This document shows, piece by piece, positions 50,993 to 61,013 of a stretch of 64,000 bases of DNA. A program made the translations under genes and the position numbers. The notes under the pieces are model-generated. The model saw only the letters and a list, made by a program, of their open reading frames with translations, did no database searches and had not been told where the DNA came from. The DNA comes from a virus, in the IMG/VR virus record IMGVR_UViG_3300032046_000005, positions 1 to 64,000 of that record. One strand, 5' to 3'. Numbering within the stretch: position 1 is the first letter of the stretch; the number at the start of each line of letters is the position of its first letter.

Positions 50993-51397
50993 TTAATTTG
51001 ATTGTTTTTTGATGCCTTTCCCATACAACTTTCTAAAACTTTCAAAATCTGAAATATTGTTTAGAAAGTTATAAAACATCAATCCATTCATGCTTAGATG
51101 TTTTGCTACATCTTTTACATTTACTTTTGGATGTGGTTCTAGATGCATTTTATCTTTCAAATACAAGCATCCCATTGGCAAACCAGCTTTTCCAATTGCT
51201 TCGTCAATCGTAGCACATTCAGGATATATTTTTTTCCGATTTTTGTATTCCTTACATGACATTGTTTTTGTGTCTAAAAACTTGCAGTGTTGGTTATCAA
51301 GTATGATGTTATATCCTTCGATTAACCAACTATGAAAGCAACATCTTCCTCTTAGTTTTGAATTACAGTTTAGGCAAAGATTCTTTTCGTTCTTCAT
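50993..51397 (-). CDS. YkgJ/UPF0153-like Cys-cluster protein
   Basis: CxxC...CC...CKFL...C..Y..R...C. Confidence 0.65.
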   Translation of the reverse strand: MKNEKNLCLNCNSKLRGRCCFHSWLIEGYNIILDNQHCKFLDTKTMSCKEYKNRKKIYPECATIDEAIGKAGLPMGCLYLKDKMHLEPHPKVNVKDVAKHLSMNGLMFYNFLNNISDFESFRKLYGKGIKKQSN

Positions 51398-51974
51398 ATG
51401 TATGCGTTTTCATGTGATTTGCTAATCCAGCAGGTGAACCACATTTTTTCTTGCAAACATTACAAATCATATCCTTACTTTTTTCAATCGTTTTTTCAAG
51501 CGTTTTTTTGAACTGTTCTCTGTCTTTTATAAGTTGTTTTTCAAGTTTTTCAAGTTCATCGTTGATTTTTTGTCGATCTTCTTTAAGTTTTTCTATTTTT
51601 TTTGAATACAAATCTCCTGGAATTAACGCGTGTATTTTAGAACTGATTCTGTTTTTTTTATCATGTTCCAATGGAGAAGGCATTTGTCGTTCGTCGTGAA
51701 AGTATGCCAATGCTGTATGAATTGCTCGTAATTCATCTTCAGTTTTTATTTTCAATTCAATATCCAAGTTTTCTTTTCCAATCTTAACGTTTCCTTTTTC
51801 ATTTTCCCATTTTATCTTCACATTTGAATTAGGATAGTTCTTTTCGTAATAATCAATAACTTTTAACAAGAATTCTTTCGCTTCGATATCAAGTTTTTGT
51901 TCTACATCTTCTCGTTCTTTTTGTTTTACTTCAGAAAGCGATGGGATATATTTGTTCGTTTCGTATTTTTCCAT
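51363..51974 (-). CDS. Coiled-coil protein with C-terminal C2H2 zinc finger
   Basis: CNVCKKKCGSPAGLANHMKTH (Cx2Cx12Hx3H). Confidence 0.7.
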   Translation of the reverse strand: MEKYETNKYIPSLSEVKQKEREDVEQKLDIEAKEFLLKVIDYYEKNYPNSNVKIKWENEKGNVKIGKENLDIELKIKTEDELRAIHTALAYFHDERQMPSPLEHDKKNRISSKIHALIPGDLYSKKIEKLKEDRQKINDELEKLEKQLIKDREQFKKTLEKTIEKSKDMICNVCKKKCGSPAGLANHMKTHTYEERKESLPKL

Positions 51975-52075
51975 GTTATCACTTCATTTTTAAATGTTTT
52001 ATATATAATATGATACTAAATGTTATATCAATATTATATAGTTCATTGTTTCTAAAAAAATTAGTAAAAAAGAAA

Positions 52076-52750
52076 CTATTTCATATAAAAAAGATTATGC
52101 GCTTCTGATTGAGTTCTTCTTGGAATATTGAAATATTCCATATTATTTCGAATAGTTGTTTCGTTTGTGTTTTTTAACTTAGCAATTTCAATAGCAGATT
52201 TTTGATTTTTTTCAAGTGTTCTTTCTTTCATATTTTTTTCTGTTAGCCAATATAATTCAATTAATTCTTTTTTTGTGAAATTTACACATTCATTTTGTTT
52301 CATATATTGTAATTTCTTTGATTCTCTTTGAGTTCTTTCTTTCATGTTAAAATTTTTCATATTTCTTAAAATTGTTTGTTTTGTACAATTTTTAATTTTT
52401 CCTATTTCATTGTTTGTTTTCTGATTAATATCTAAAATATTATGTTCCATATTATATTCAGAAATCCAATATAGTTTGATTAATTCTTCTCTTGAAAATA
52501 AAAAGATTTTTTTCTTTCTATCATTATGACATTTATCACATTTTTCTGTATAATCTTTTATATCTCTAGTATATGGATTAGGATGTTTGTTGAATGTCCA
52601 ACTTGTTCTGACTCTTCTTCCACAAATTTCGCATATTCCTTTTCTTGGATAATTTCTATTTAACCATATATGAATTGAATTATTACCTGCTTTATCTCCT
52701 TTCCAATTATGGTGGTTTTCTCTATATTTATATGACTTTTTCTTAATCAT
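52076..52750 (-). CDS. Free-standing HNH homing endonuclease-like protein with two HTH repeats
   Basis: ENHHNWKG, HIWL, CEICG...CDKCH; ELIxLYW...EI repeats; ATG 52750 preferred. Confidence 0.72.
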   Translation of the reverse strand: MIKKKSYKYRENHHNWKGDKAGNNSIHIWLNRNYPRKGICEICGRRVRTSWTFNKHPNPYTRDIKDYTEKCDKCHNDRKKKIFLFSREELIKLYWISEYNMEHNILDINQKTNNEIGKIKNCTKQTILRNMKNFNMKERTQRESKKLQYMKQNECVNFTKKELIELYWLTEKNMKERTLEKNQKSAIEIAKLKNTNETTIRNNMEYFNIPRRTQSEAHNLFYMK

Positions 52751-52885
52751 ATATATAAAAACAACATCATCTAAGATTAATTTGATGATTATAAAATAAA
52801 AATATAAAAAAAAGAAAAAAAATAAAAAAATTAATTTGGTTCTTTCAAACCAATATTTCAATTAATAGTATTGTTAGAATGCTTC

Positions 52886-53857
52886 CTAAGTTAATGTCAA
52901 AGTGCCCGTCCGTTGTATGGCAGTGCTATATCGTTCAATCAAGCGTCCTGACCATATTAATAACCATTCGTAATATGCATTGTTGGTTCCACCACTATGT
53001 TCCATGTGAATCCTAAAAGGATATCCTTGAACTAATTCTAAGGTTGGTACAATTCCTCTAGATCCTCTAGCTTCTCGTTGTTTTGGAGCAATCATTGCCA
53101 TGCGGTATTTAACTCCTGAGTAATCAATGAAGTTAGGACTTGTTTCCCAATTTTGAATGTATTTCTTTTCGAGTATTCGTTGATGTTCAGTAATACCTAC
53201 TGTTGAAAAGAAATGGTTTTCTAATTCAGCGTATTTTTCTGTAGTTAAGTCTGAGAAAATTGGATATTTTGGCAAGTTATGTCCTGCAGTTAGCAAGGCA
53301 TTTTTCATTGTAACAATTGTTGCTAAATAGTCCCCAGCAGTTTGCATGTCATCGTCTCCATCAATTCCTCCAGCAATCGTTGTTCCTCCATTGAATATTC
53401 CAGTGAACTCTCCTTTACCTTTGAAAGGATCCATAGTTGATACTGGATTTTTCATTTCGTCTCCCCAAGCTAAAAATTGATCTACTTGGTTAACCATCAC
53501 GGGAATAGTTCTCTTGACTGTTTCTTTTATCAAATCTCCATTAATCAATTGATTGTTTTTAAATTTATCAACATCTTGTAAGGAAATCTGAACTTTACAA
53601 GCCAAGTAAAGTAATCCAATTGTGGTCTCGCCGAAACGAGGTACGATTATGTTAGCATCGTGTATTGAACTTGACATCTGTGCTCCATCTGGTTTCTTCC
53701 AATCAAAGTATGTGAGTTTATCTATACCTTCTCCTATGTTTCTTACTAATCCATTCGTATTAAAAAAGTTCCATAATGTCGGTTGTACAAGAACGAATTC
53801 CCATACATACTTTTCTATCGTTTTGGATAGTAATTCATTAAACATTTCGCCTACCAT
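52886..53857 (-). CDS. Major capsid protein (probably HK97 fold)
   Basis: 323 aa after scaffold and decoration genes; GD...GIFN motif in a position typical of HK97-fold proteins. Confidence 0.8.
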   Translation of the reverse strand: MVGEMFNELLSKTIEKYVWEFVLVQPTLWNFFNTNGLVRNIGEGIDKLTYFDWKKPDGAQMSSSIHDANIIVPRFGETTIGLLYLACKVQISLQDVDKFKNNQLINGDLIKETVKRTIPVMVNQVDQFLAWGDEMKNPVSTMDPFKGKGEFTGIFNGGTTIAGGIDGDDDMQTAGDYLATIVTMKNALLTAGHNLPKYPIFSDLTTEKYAELENHFFSTVGITEHQRILEKKYIQNWETSPNFIDYSGVKYRMAMIAPKQREARGSRGIVPTLELVQGYPFRIHMEHSGGTNNAYYEWLLIWSGRLIERYSTAIQRTGTLTLT

Positions 53858-53861
53858 GTGT

Positions 53862-54353
53862 TTAGTTCTTCACCCATCTGGCATAAAAGTATTTTCGAGT
53901 AGCGCTTGCACCTGTTACGGCTTCTAAAGCAATCATTTGAAAGTTATCGTTTGTATCTGCAACGGCAAACACTCCATCAACGCATTTGAGTTTATTCCCT
54001 TTCGCAATTGTAGTATTCGTTTCAGATAAAACAAGAATATCTATTCCTTGTTTTGGAACTCCTACACGAATCCACGAATTATCAGCAAAGGGATGATCAT
54101 AGTCTCTATAAAATATTCCAGTTGCATCAATTGTTTCTACTTGTGGCATATATTGTAATGCAAATCCAAAAATAGCTTCATTTTCTCCACATAAATCGAT
54201 ATCAGATTGTCCTGCTTCGCCATATTCTGTCACAGCCATACCAATTGCTATATCAGAACCAGTACATTGTCTATCAACCACTCTTTCCCATTGTCCCTTA
54301 TAAAGTAAAGTACTAATTGCTAAACCTATAAGAGTCGTTCCTAATGATACCAT
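53862..54353 (-). CDS. Capsid decoration/cement protein
   Basis: Between scaffold and capsid genes; IAKGNKL..VDG and ALEAVTG cement-type patterns. Confidence 0.7.
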   Translation of the reverse strand: MVSLGTTLIGLAISTLLYKGQWERVVDRQCTGSDIAIGMAVTEYGEAGQSDIDLCGENEAIFGFALQYMPQVETIDATGIFYRDYDHPFADNSWIRVGVPKQGIDILVLSETNTTIAKGNKLKCVDGVFAVADTNDNFQMIALEAVTGASATRKYFYARWVKN

Positions 54354-54359
54354 TTTTTA

Positions 54360-55562
54360 TTATGCCTCTAGAAAGTAACGTTTTTTCATATCATCTGCCA
54401 TAGATTTGAAGTCTTCTTCCTTTAATTCCGGTTCGATAAGATCTTCAGTATCTCTTTTGATTGCCATTTCAAATCGTTTTTCTAATTTTTCTAGTTCTTG
54501 AATCGAATCGTTTTTCAACTCTTCTACAGGAATTTGAAAATCGTTAGAAATTCTTTTTACGATTTCTTGTCGTTTAGCTTCTTTTTCTTTAGTTTCTTTT
54601 TCGTCAACTTTAGCCTTGAATGCAAGAAAGTCTTTTTTGAACGAATCTAATTCTTTATCAGCTTTTTCTTTATCAGCTTTTAAGGTTTTTAATTCTTCAT
54701 ATTTTGATTTCAAGAAATCGTATTCTTTAGCGCACACTTCAACAGTGTCACCTTTTTCTTTCTTTTCTCCAGGTTTTTCAGTTTCTGGTTCTTCCTCTTC
54801 TTCTTCCTCTTCTTTTTCAGGTTCTTTTTCTTCTTTAGTCATGTCTTTCTTTTCAGGTTCTTTTTCTTCTTTAATATCGCTTGTATTCGTATTTTCTGAT
54901 CCTTGTTTTTTCATTTTACTTTTCACTTCTTTCGCACACTGCTCCCTAGACTTTTTGGTTTGTTCCATGCATTGGGAAATTCTTCGTTCCATCATTGCCG
55001 TGGAACCATCCGGTTTAGTCTCGGAAGTTTGTGTCATTTCGAAATCCGTTTTACTTTCGCCTTTTGTTTCATTCTTAATAGCGTTTGTTTCGTTTTTACT
55101 CAAATTCGAATCGTCAACAATTCCATCTATTTCATCAAGCAACATGTCATCGGTAAAGTCTTTCTTACCTCTCATTGTCTTGAAAGCTTTAGCAAGTTTT
55201 GCTTTTGCTTGAATTGATTTACTATCTGAATTCAATCCAGCTTCTATGCATTTATCGCCTACTTTACCATCCTTTCCCATCAAACCTTTCGATTTACACC
55301 AAACTCTAAACGAACCTGGTTCTTTTACGGTTTCAGAAGGCAATGTTTCAGATTCAGAATCTTCGGAATTATCTTGTTCGTTCTCGTTAATAATATTGCT
55401 CAAATCTTTAGTTTCGATCACATCATCAGATTGACAATTGCAATCTTCAGTAGTATCTTCTTTCTTGAGATCCAACTTGTATATTTCATCGTCTTTGTCA
55501 ACATAGTAAAGATCGTTCTCTACTTGGTAAAAACGATGTTCTGAGTCTTTTACTTCAGACAT
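54360..55562 (-). CDS. Capsid scaffolding protein
   Basis: Very acidic low-complexity and coiled-coil protein upstream of the capsid gene. Confidence 0.7.
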   Translation of the reverse strand: MSEVKDSEHRFYQVENDLYYVDKDDEIYKLDLKKEDTTEDCNCQSDDVIETKDLSNIINENEQDNSEDSESETLPSETVKEPGSFRVWCKSKGLMGKDGKVGDKCIEAGLNSDSKSIQAKAKLAKAFKTMRGKKDFTDDMLLDEIDGIVDDSNLSKNETNAIKNETKGESKTDFEMTQTSETKPDGSTAMMERRISQCMEQTKKSREQCAKEVKSKMKKQGSENTNTSDIKEEKEPEKKDMTKEEKEPEKEEEEEEEEPETEKPGEKKEKGDTVEVCAKEYDFLKSKYEELKTLKADKEKADKELDSFKKDFLAFKAKVDEKETKEKEAKRQEIVKRISNDFQIPVEELKNDSIQELEKLEKRFEMAIKRDTEDLIEPELKEEDFKSMADDMKKRYFLEA

Positions 55563-55809
55563 TTATTTTTTGTCTTTTGGTTATTTAAAACAAATAGTAT
55601 ATTGTTATAAATAGATAATAATTTGTTTATATCTAATAGATTAATTGATTTTTTTTGTTCTTTTTTTCGTTTGAAATAGATTTTTTCAAGTTACAAAGAT
55701 CTTTTTCAGTTGTATCAAGACTTTTTTCGATTGAATCTCGAATCGTTATTTCTTGTTCGCGCATATAAATATATTAATACTTTTTTTAATCTAATATTTT
55801 TATTATTGA

Positions 55810-56646
55810 TTAATTATTAATGGTTTTTTTTACGCTTACAACACACGGTATGCCATTAGCGGTCGAGCAGCGATCCAAATCGGCGTTGGAGAGCGAAATT
55901 GCGAGGTGATCCAAATAAAGGATTTTCTGAATTCCGTTTTCAACTTCATCCTTAAACCCAATGCTCACATTATAACCACCTCTTTTCGGATTGAGTAAAT
56001 CTGTTACTTCGGCTATGTTTTTAAACATTACAACATCTCCATACATTACTTCTTTTTCATCATCAGGAGACCAGTTTGCAGCATAGCCAATGACTTCTGC
56101 AGCGTGGGCATTTTTTTCTATTGATCCTTTTAATGGAATATAATCAGTTTTTCCAAATACATCTTTGATATTATTCCATTCTTTCTTCAATATTATTTTT
56201 TGTCCGTCTTTTGTGTATTCAAATTCATTTGCTCGTGTAAGAATTCCATGTAAAACTGTGAAGTCCTCGTTCATTTTCTCGTTGAAGTCTTTCGTGATGT
56301 CGTTGAACGTGTCAATTTCAACGAAGTCTTCGGTCATATTATCAACGAAATCTTTTCTTGCACATTCGTCTCTACAAATTTCTTGTAAATCGCTCAAGAA
56401 ATGTGTAAATTCTTTTTGTAAATTTAGATCATTTTTAATTTCATCCCAATCGAGATGAAGTAAAGTATCATTATATACATCTATCGTTTCTCTTAAATCT
56501 TCAAGAAATATTTTGCTTTCTCCTCTCACATGTTCTTTTACTGAATGTTCGATTCCTTTTTTTGATGTTCGCTCATATTCAGAAACAGGATAATCTTCAG
56601 TAAAATCATTAATATTTCCAATGCATTTAGCGATTATCTTTTTCAT
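55810..56646 (-). CDS. Prohead maturation protease (DUF2213-like)
   Basis: LTRA..FEY, His, VSIGF, DHLAI...RC motifs. Confidence 0.75.
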   Translation of the reverse strand: MKKIIAKCIGNINDFTEDYPVSEYERTSKKGIEHSVKEHVRGESKIFLEDLRETIDVYNDTLLHLDWDEIKNDLNLQKEFTHFLSDLQEICRDECARKDFVDNMTEDFVEIDTFNDITKDFNEKMNEDFTVLHGILTRANEFEYTKDGQKIILKKEWNNIKDVFGKTDYIPLKGSIEKNAHAAEVIGYAANWSPDDEKEVMYGDVVMFKNIAEVTDLLNPKRGGYNVSIGFKDEVENGIQKILYLDHLAISLSNADLDRCSTANGIPCVVSVKKTINN

Positions 56647-56821
56647 ATTATTTCATTACACTGTATATATTATGTGAATTATCAGGTTTTTTCTTTATGC
56701 ACGATCTTCCTTCGTAATGAACTCGACCACATTTTCTGCATTCTTTTTTTATTGTTGCTTTTTCCATTTTTACATCTTCATTTTTTTGTTAATTTTTAAA
56801 TGATTTTTAATTACTAATAAT

Positions 56822-56974
56822 TTAATTCTTTTTATCTTCAACATCAACAATTCTTGCAATTCCCATCTTGACTAATTGTTGAGCTTGTTCTTCAGTAATA
56901 TCTTTTTCAATTATTGCTGAATCAAAAAAGATTTTATCGTTTTCTTTAAACTTGATTTCAATTATTCTTTTCAT
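56822..56974 (-). CDS. Small protein (50 aa, below the track cutoff)
   Basis: MKRIIEIK...EEQAQQLVKMGIARIV; overlaps the upstream stop. Confidence 0.45.
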   Translation of the reverse strand: MKRIIEIKFKENDKIFFDSAIIEKDITEEQAQQLVKMGIARIVDVEDKKN

Positions 56975-59360
56975 ATTTTTTCATTCTTTCTCTAAAAAAT
57001 TTACTTATTTCCGGAAAGTATTGGTATTGTTTTTTATTTTCTTTCCAACTTTCCCAAATATATAAAGGTTTTTTTACTTCATAATATCGTTTAAAACTTT
57101 CAGCAAACAATTCTTGAACATCGTTAGCTTCATATCTCAATCCTTCAGCCATATTTTTTTTATATTCGTATTCAAAACTTCCTTTTTTATCATCTGCTTC
57201 TTTTTCCCAAATATCAGCATCATGTAACATTATTTTTTTGTATTTTTTATGAATGCTTTTAAAGATTTCTTGATCGTGCAGAGTTAATCCATACCAAACC
57301 GAATGTCCAAGTTCGTGTCTAGTAGTTGATGGCATTGCTTTTCTGTTTAATATTATATTATTGTTTCCAATCAAATAAACTCCTTCAATATCGTTATATT
57401 TTCTAGTCCAACCAACTTTTTTATATGCTTCTGGAACTTTTCCATTGTCATCTTTCATATTTGGGTCATCAGTTATTTGGTTATAAACTCTTACCTCATT
57501 TACCATTGCTTTTAATCGAAACGGAAAACTTCTGATTGTTTCGTCAATTACTCGAATTTCCCAAGGATCTCTCGTTAAATCTATGTTTTTATCAACCTTC
57601 AAACTTAATTCTGATTTTTGGTAAGGTTCGTCTGAAAAATAACCTTTATACAATATTGCATTCAATTCTTCTGGAGTATAATATTTTGGTTTAGGAGGAT
57701 TTCTAATCTTGTATAAATGTTGCCTTCCTACGGTTGAATTGAACCAATGATATGATTGACAAAATGTGCAAAAATATTTACGTTTCAAATCTTCGGTTAA
57801 ATCGTTAAAATCATTCAATTGCAAAACATTGAATTCATGAAAGTCAATGCGGGGCAATCCCAACACTCCTCCACCAGTTCTAAATCCTTTAATCTTCATT
57901 TCTCTCATTCCTTCTCTTGCTTGAAGCCATTTTTCGACTCTTGAACCAATGTCGGGATTTTGAGTTGGATTAGGAGTTGTTCGTTTCATTTGTCTTACAA
58001 TTTCGTCAAACTTCTTGACTCTTGTAACGGGAACTCGATTCGAAACCGTGTATGGAACTAATGATGCTGTTGTTCCTCCAATCGTTTTAATTTCTGGATG
58101 AAAATATGCGGGACCTAATTTTGATGATGTTACTTTTTCTCCTGCTTGATGTCCTCTAAGATTTTTCCACACCCAACGACCAGGAGAACCGCTTTTAAGA
58201 AGGGATTTCCACGCTTCTTCTGCTACTTCTGGAGATTGGAATTTATATCGATATGTTCTTTGAGGAGTTAACCCTTTTGGGTGAAATTGAACAAGTAATT
58301 CGTTATTGAATTGTCCTCCAGCTTTAACGTTTGTACTTGAAACAGGAGTGAGTTGTTTTGTGTATTTTTCGAGGTTTTCTAGTATTTCTCCTTGAATTTC
58401 AGCGCCAGTTTCTGTATTGGTTAACGAAAATGGAACAGTTATACTTTGAACTGGTCCAACTTCAAATGCTTCCTCGCCAAGTTGTGATCGAATCGATTTA
58501 CCAACGGTCGTTCGTTTAGCTCCAGAAATCATTGCACTAGGAGTTCCTTTCTTCAAACCTCTTATGTCTTCAGTGAAATCGTTTATTGTGTCAAATGTGT
58601 TTGCAATGTCTTCTAATGTTTCGCTTAATGATTTAGGTAAGGGATAATCTTCAACAAAATTATAAGCAATTATTCCTTTTTTGAGATAATAATCATTAAA
58701 TGTTTTTGAAGCAAATGCTTTATCAATAACAAGAGTTGGAATATTCAACAATCTTGCTAAAGTAATATCTCCTCTTCGTAAAAGATCAATATCTTTCCAA
58801 TCTTTTCTGGCTTTTTCTTTTACTGAAATAATTAATGGACTAATTCTTTTTGAACTTTCTATGATATCATACTTATCTCCATAAAATTCTTTCAAAAATA
58901 TATCTTTATCTAATTTTTCAATTTCTTTTATTAGATTTTCAGCAACTCCTTCAAAAGTTTCTGGAGGCAAATCTTTTATATCAACTTGTTTAGATAAAGT
59001 AGGAATTCCTATTGATTGTAAATAACAATCAAAACCTATAACTCCTATATTTGTTTCAAGAGCTTTTTTTAATTGTCTTCCACAAATTTCACATTTTGCG
59101 TGATATTCTTTTTTTATGATAATTTTATTTACTTTTATATTTTGTTTATTCTTTATAAGTTCTTTGTCTTTTTCAACTTTTTCTTTTTTATATTCTTCGA
59201 GTTTAATGATTTTGTTCTGTAATTGATTATGTAAATGTTCTTTACCAACATCAGAATCAAAGTAATGATTAGACTTGCAGATGTTACAAAAATATGTATT
59301 CTTGTTATCTAGAGCAATTTCTCCAATGCTTTCTAGATGTATTGGTTTATAAACTTTCAT
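56958..59360 (-). CDS. Multidomain head-associated protein: Zn fingers, KTSC-like domain, C-terminal zincin protease
   Basis: YFCxxCxSxH...G..H twice; VSSTNV...LLVQF...YRY...SPGRW; HELGH...ELFAESF; ATG 59360 preferred. Confidence 0.72.
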   Translation of the reverse strand: MKVYKPIHLESIGEIALDNKNTYFCNICKSNHYFDSDVGKEHLHNQLQNKIIKLEEYKKEKVEKDKELIKNKQNIKVNKIIIKKEYHAKCEICGRQLKKALETNIGVIGFDCYLQSIGIPTLSKQVDIKDLPPETFEGVAENLIKEIEKLDKDIFLKEFYGDKYDIIESSKRISPLIISVKEKARKDWKDIDLLRRGDITLARLLNIPTLVIDKAFASKTFNDYYLKKGIIAYNFVEDYPLPKSLSETLEDIANTFDTINDFTEDIRGLKKGTPSAMISGAKRTTVGKSIRSQLGEEAFEVGPVQSITVPFSLTNTETGAEIQGEILENLEKYTKQLTPVSSTNVKAGGQFNNELLVQFHPKGLTPQRTYRYKFQSPEVAEEAWKSLLKSGSPGRWVWKNLRGHQAGEKVTSSKLGPAYFHPEIKTIGGTTASLVPYTVSNRVPVTRVKKFDEIVRQMKRTTPNPTQNPDIGSRVEKWLQAREGMREMKIKGFRTGGGVLGLPRIDFHEFNVLQLNDFNDLTEDLKRKYFCTFCQSYHWFNSTVGRQHLYKIRNPPKPKYYTPEELNAILYKGYFSDEPYQKSELSLKVDKNIDLTRDPWEIRVIDETIRSFPFRLKAMVNEVRVYNQITDDPNMKDDNGKVPEAYKKVGWTRKYNDIEGVYLIGNNNIILNRKAMPSTTRHELGHSVWYGLTLHDQEIFKSIHKKYKKIMLHDADIWEKEADDKKGSFEYEYKKNMAEGLRYEANDVQELFAESFKRYYEVKKPLYIWESWKENKKQYQYFPEISKFFRERMKKYEKNN

Positions 59361-60939
59361 TATCTCGTAAATTTCCCACACGAATCATTTTCACTTTCTT
59401 GAAATCTTTCTTATTTTTTGGTTCGAGAATCGTTTGAACCTTGAACTTGCCGTTCACGCGACAACCAACTGCTTTTTTACCTTTTCCAATGTTGAATGTT
59501 CGATATGTACCTTCTTCACATTCAGAAGGATCAAACTGTTGTTTTCGTATGAAGTTTTCAGTTTCGTGAATTTTTATCGTGTCTTTTGCAAATTTATGTT
59601 TGGCTCTTTCCTTTTCTTCCTCATATTCCATTTTCTGATGCTGTTTATGAGTTTCTTTATCAAGTTTTTCAAATTTTTTAGTTAATTTTGGATTATGGAC
59701 AATTTCTTCTTTTGTTTCTCCTTTAATTCCTTGTAATTCGTTCATTTCTCTTTCCAATTTCTTGATTTCGTGAATCAATCGAACTCTTTTTTCTATTTTC
59801 AAGTTTTTAGCTTTTTTGATTCTTTCATAATATTTAGCAAATGGAACGAGTGTTTTTTTCTTATGCGCTATGATATCCATCAAGATCATTATCAGTTCTT
59901 TAAGAACACTCTTAATGTTTGGATCGTTATCAGATAAGTGTCGTAATGTATCAACGCGTTTGTTAACTGCCTCTTGTTTTCTTTTCACGCGATAATTTTT
60001 CCATTCTTGATCTTTTTCTTTCTTTATTGATTCTTTTTTTGGATGTTCTTTATTGTGTTCTGATTCTGCTCGTTCTCGTTCGTATCCGGTTTGTTCGATC
60101 AACTTTTGAACTCCTTTTTCGCGTTCAGAAAGTTCTTTTTCTTTCTTGGTTGGTTTTTTAGGTTGTTTTGGTTCACTTGGTTCTTTCTTAATTACTTTCT
60201 TTTTCTTTACTTTTTCTTCTTTCAAGCCTTCGTAAAACTTTTTCTTGCTTTCTTCTTTTTCTCGTGGCGTTCTTTCCTTTTCCTTGTTTGCTATAAAGTT
60301 CTTAATTGCCTGTGCTTGAGTCTCTCCTTCGTTCATGCACACGTGTGTTCCTCTTATGGTTATCCAGTTGCATTTCGATGCGTCAAAATCTGTTTTTGAT
60401 TCAAAAACATTATTGATTTGCCATAAATTATTTTTTGGTAATTTGATTTTTGAAAATGCTTTAAATATGACTGCATATCTTATACTATCTTTATCTTCAT
60501 CTACTTTTTGAAATTCAATGTTCTTAATATCTTGTTTTGCAAGTTCATGTTCAAATTCTTCTTCATGACCTTTATCAATCCACACATCAATTTCTGTTTC
60601 TTTAAGTTCTTTTTTTTGTTTAACCAACTGTCTTTTTTCTCGTTGTTTTTCGAGTATTTCTCCTGTTTTTTCCCAAGACTGTTTCCATTCTGGTTGATTG
60701 TATTGTTCAAGTGATTTTTGACTCTTGTTCAAATGTTCTCTTCCTTTTTCAGAATCATAAAAATGATTGCTTTTACATATGTTGCAATAATAAGTATTTT
60801 TATTATCTTCCACAAAATCCTCGTCAAGATCCTTGAACACTTCCTCAAGCAAATCGCGCTCGTCAAAATCTGGATGTATTTTCTTTAATTCGTTGTATTT
60901 CCGAATTATCGTTTCGTGTTTGAAATCTGTTTCTAACAT
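59347..60939 (-). CDS. Multidomain, highly charged head-associated protein
   Basis: Same Zn finger as the next gene; WITIRGTHV motif; K/E-rich coils. Confidence 0.65.
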   Translation of the reverse strand: MLETDFKHETIIRKYNELKKIHPDFDERDLLEEVFKDLDEDFVEDNKNTYYCNICKSNHFYDSEKGREHLNKSQKSLEQYNQPEWKQSWEKTGEILEKQREKRQLVKQKKELKETEIDVWIDKGHEEEFEHELAKQDIKNIEFQKVDEDKDSIRYAVIFKAFSKIKLPKNNLWQINNVFESKTDFDASKCNWITIRGTHVCMNEGETQAQAIKNFIANKEKERTPREKEESKKKFYEGLKEEKVKKKKVIKKEPSEPKQPKKPTKKEKELSEREKGVQKLIEQTGYERERAESEHNKEHPKKESIKKEKDQEWKNYRVKRKQEAVNKRVDTLRHLSDNDPNIKSVLKELIMILMDIIAHKKKTLVPFAKYYERIKKAKNLKIEKRVRLIHEIKKLEREMNELQGIKGETKEEIVHNPKLTKKFEKLDKETHKQHQKMEYEEEKERAKHKFAKDTIKIHETENFIRKQQFDPSECEEGTYRTFNIGKGKKAVGCRVNGKFKVQTILEPKNKKDFKKVKMIRVGNLRDNESL

Positions 60940-61013
60940 TATAAGTGTAAAATTTTAACAATAAAATATTTTAATGATAATAAGTAAGAATATTGAAACT
61001 AATATTTTTATCA

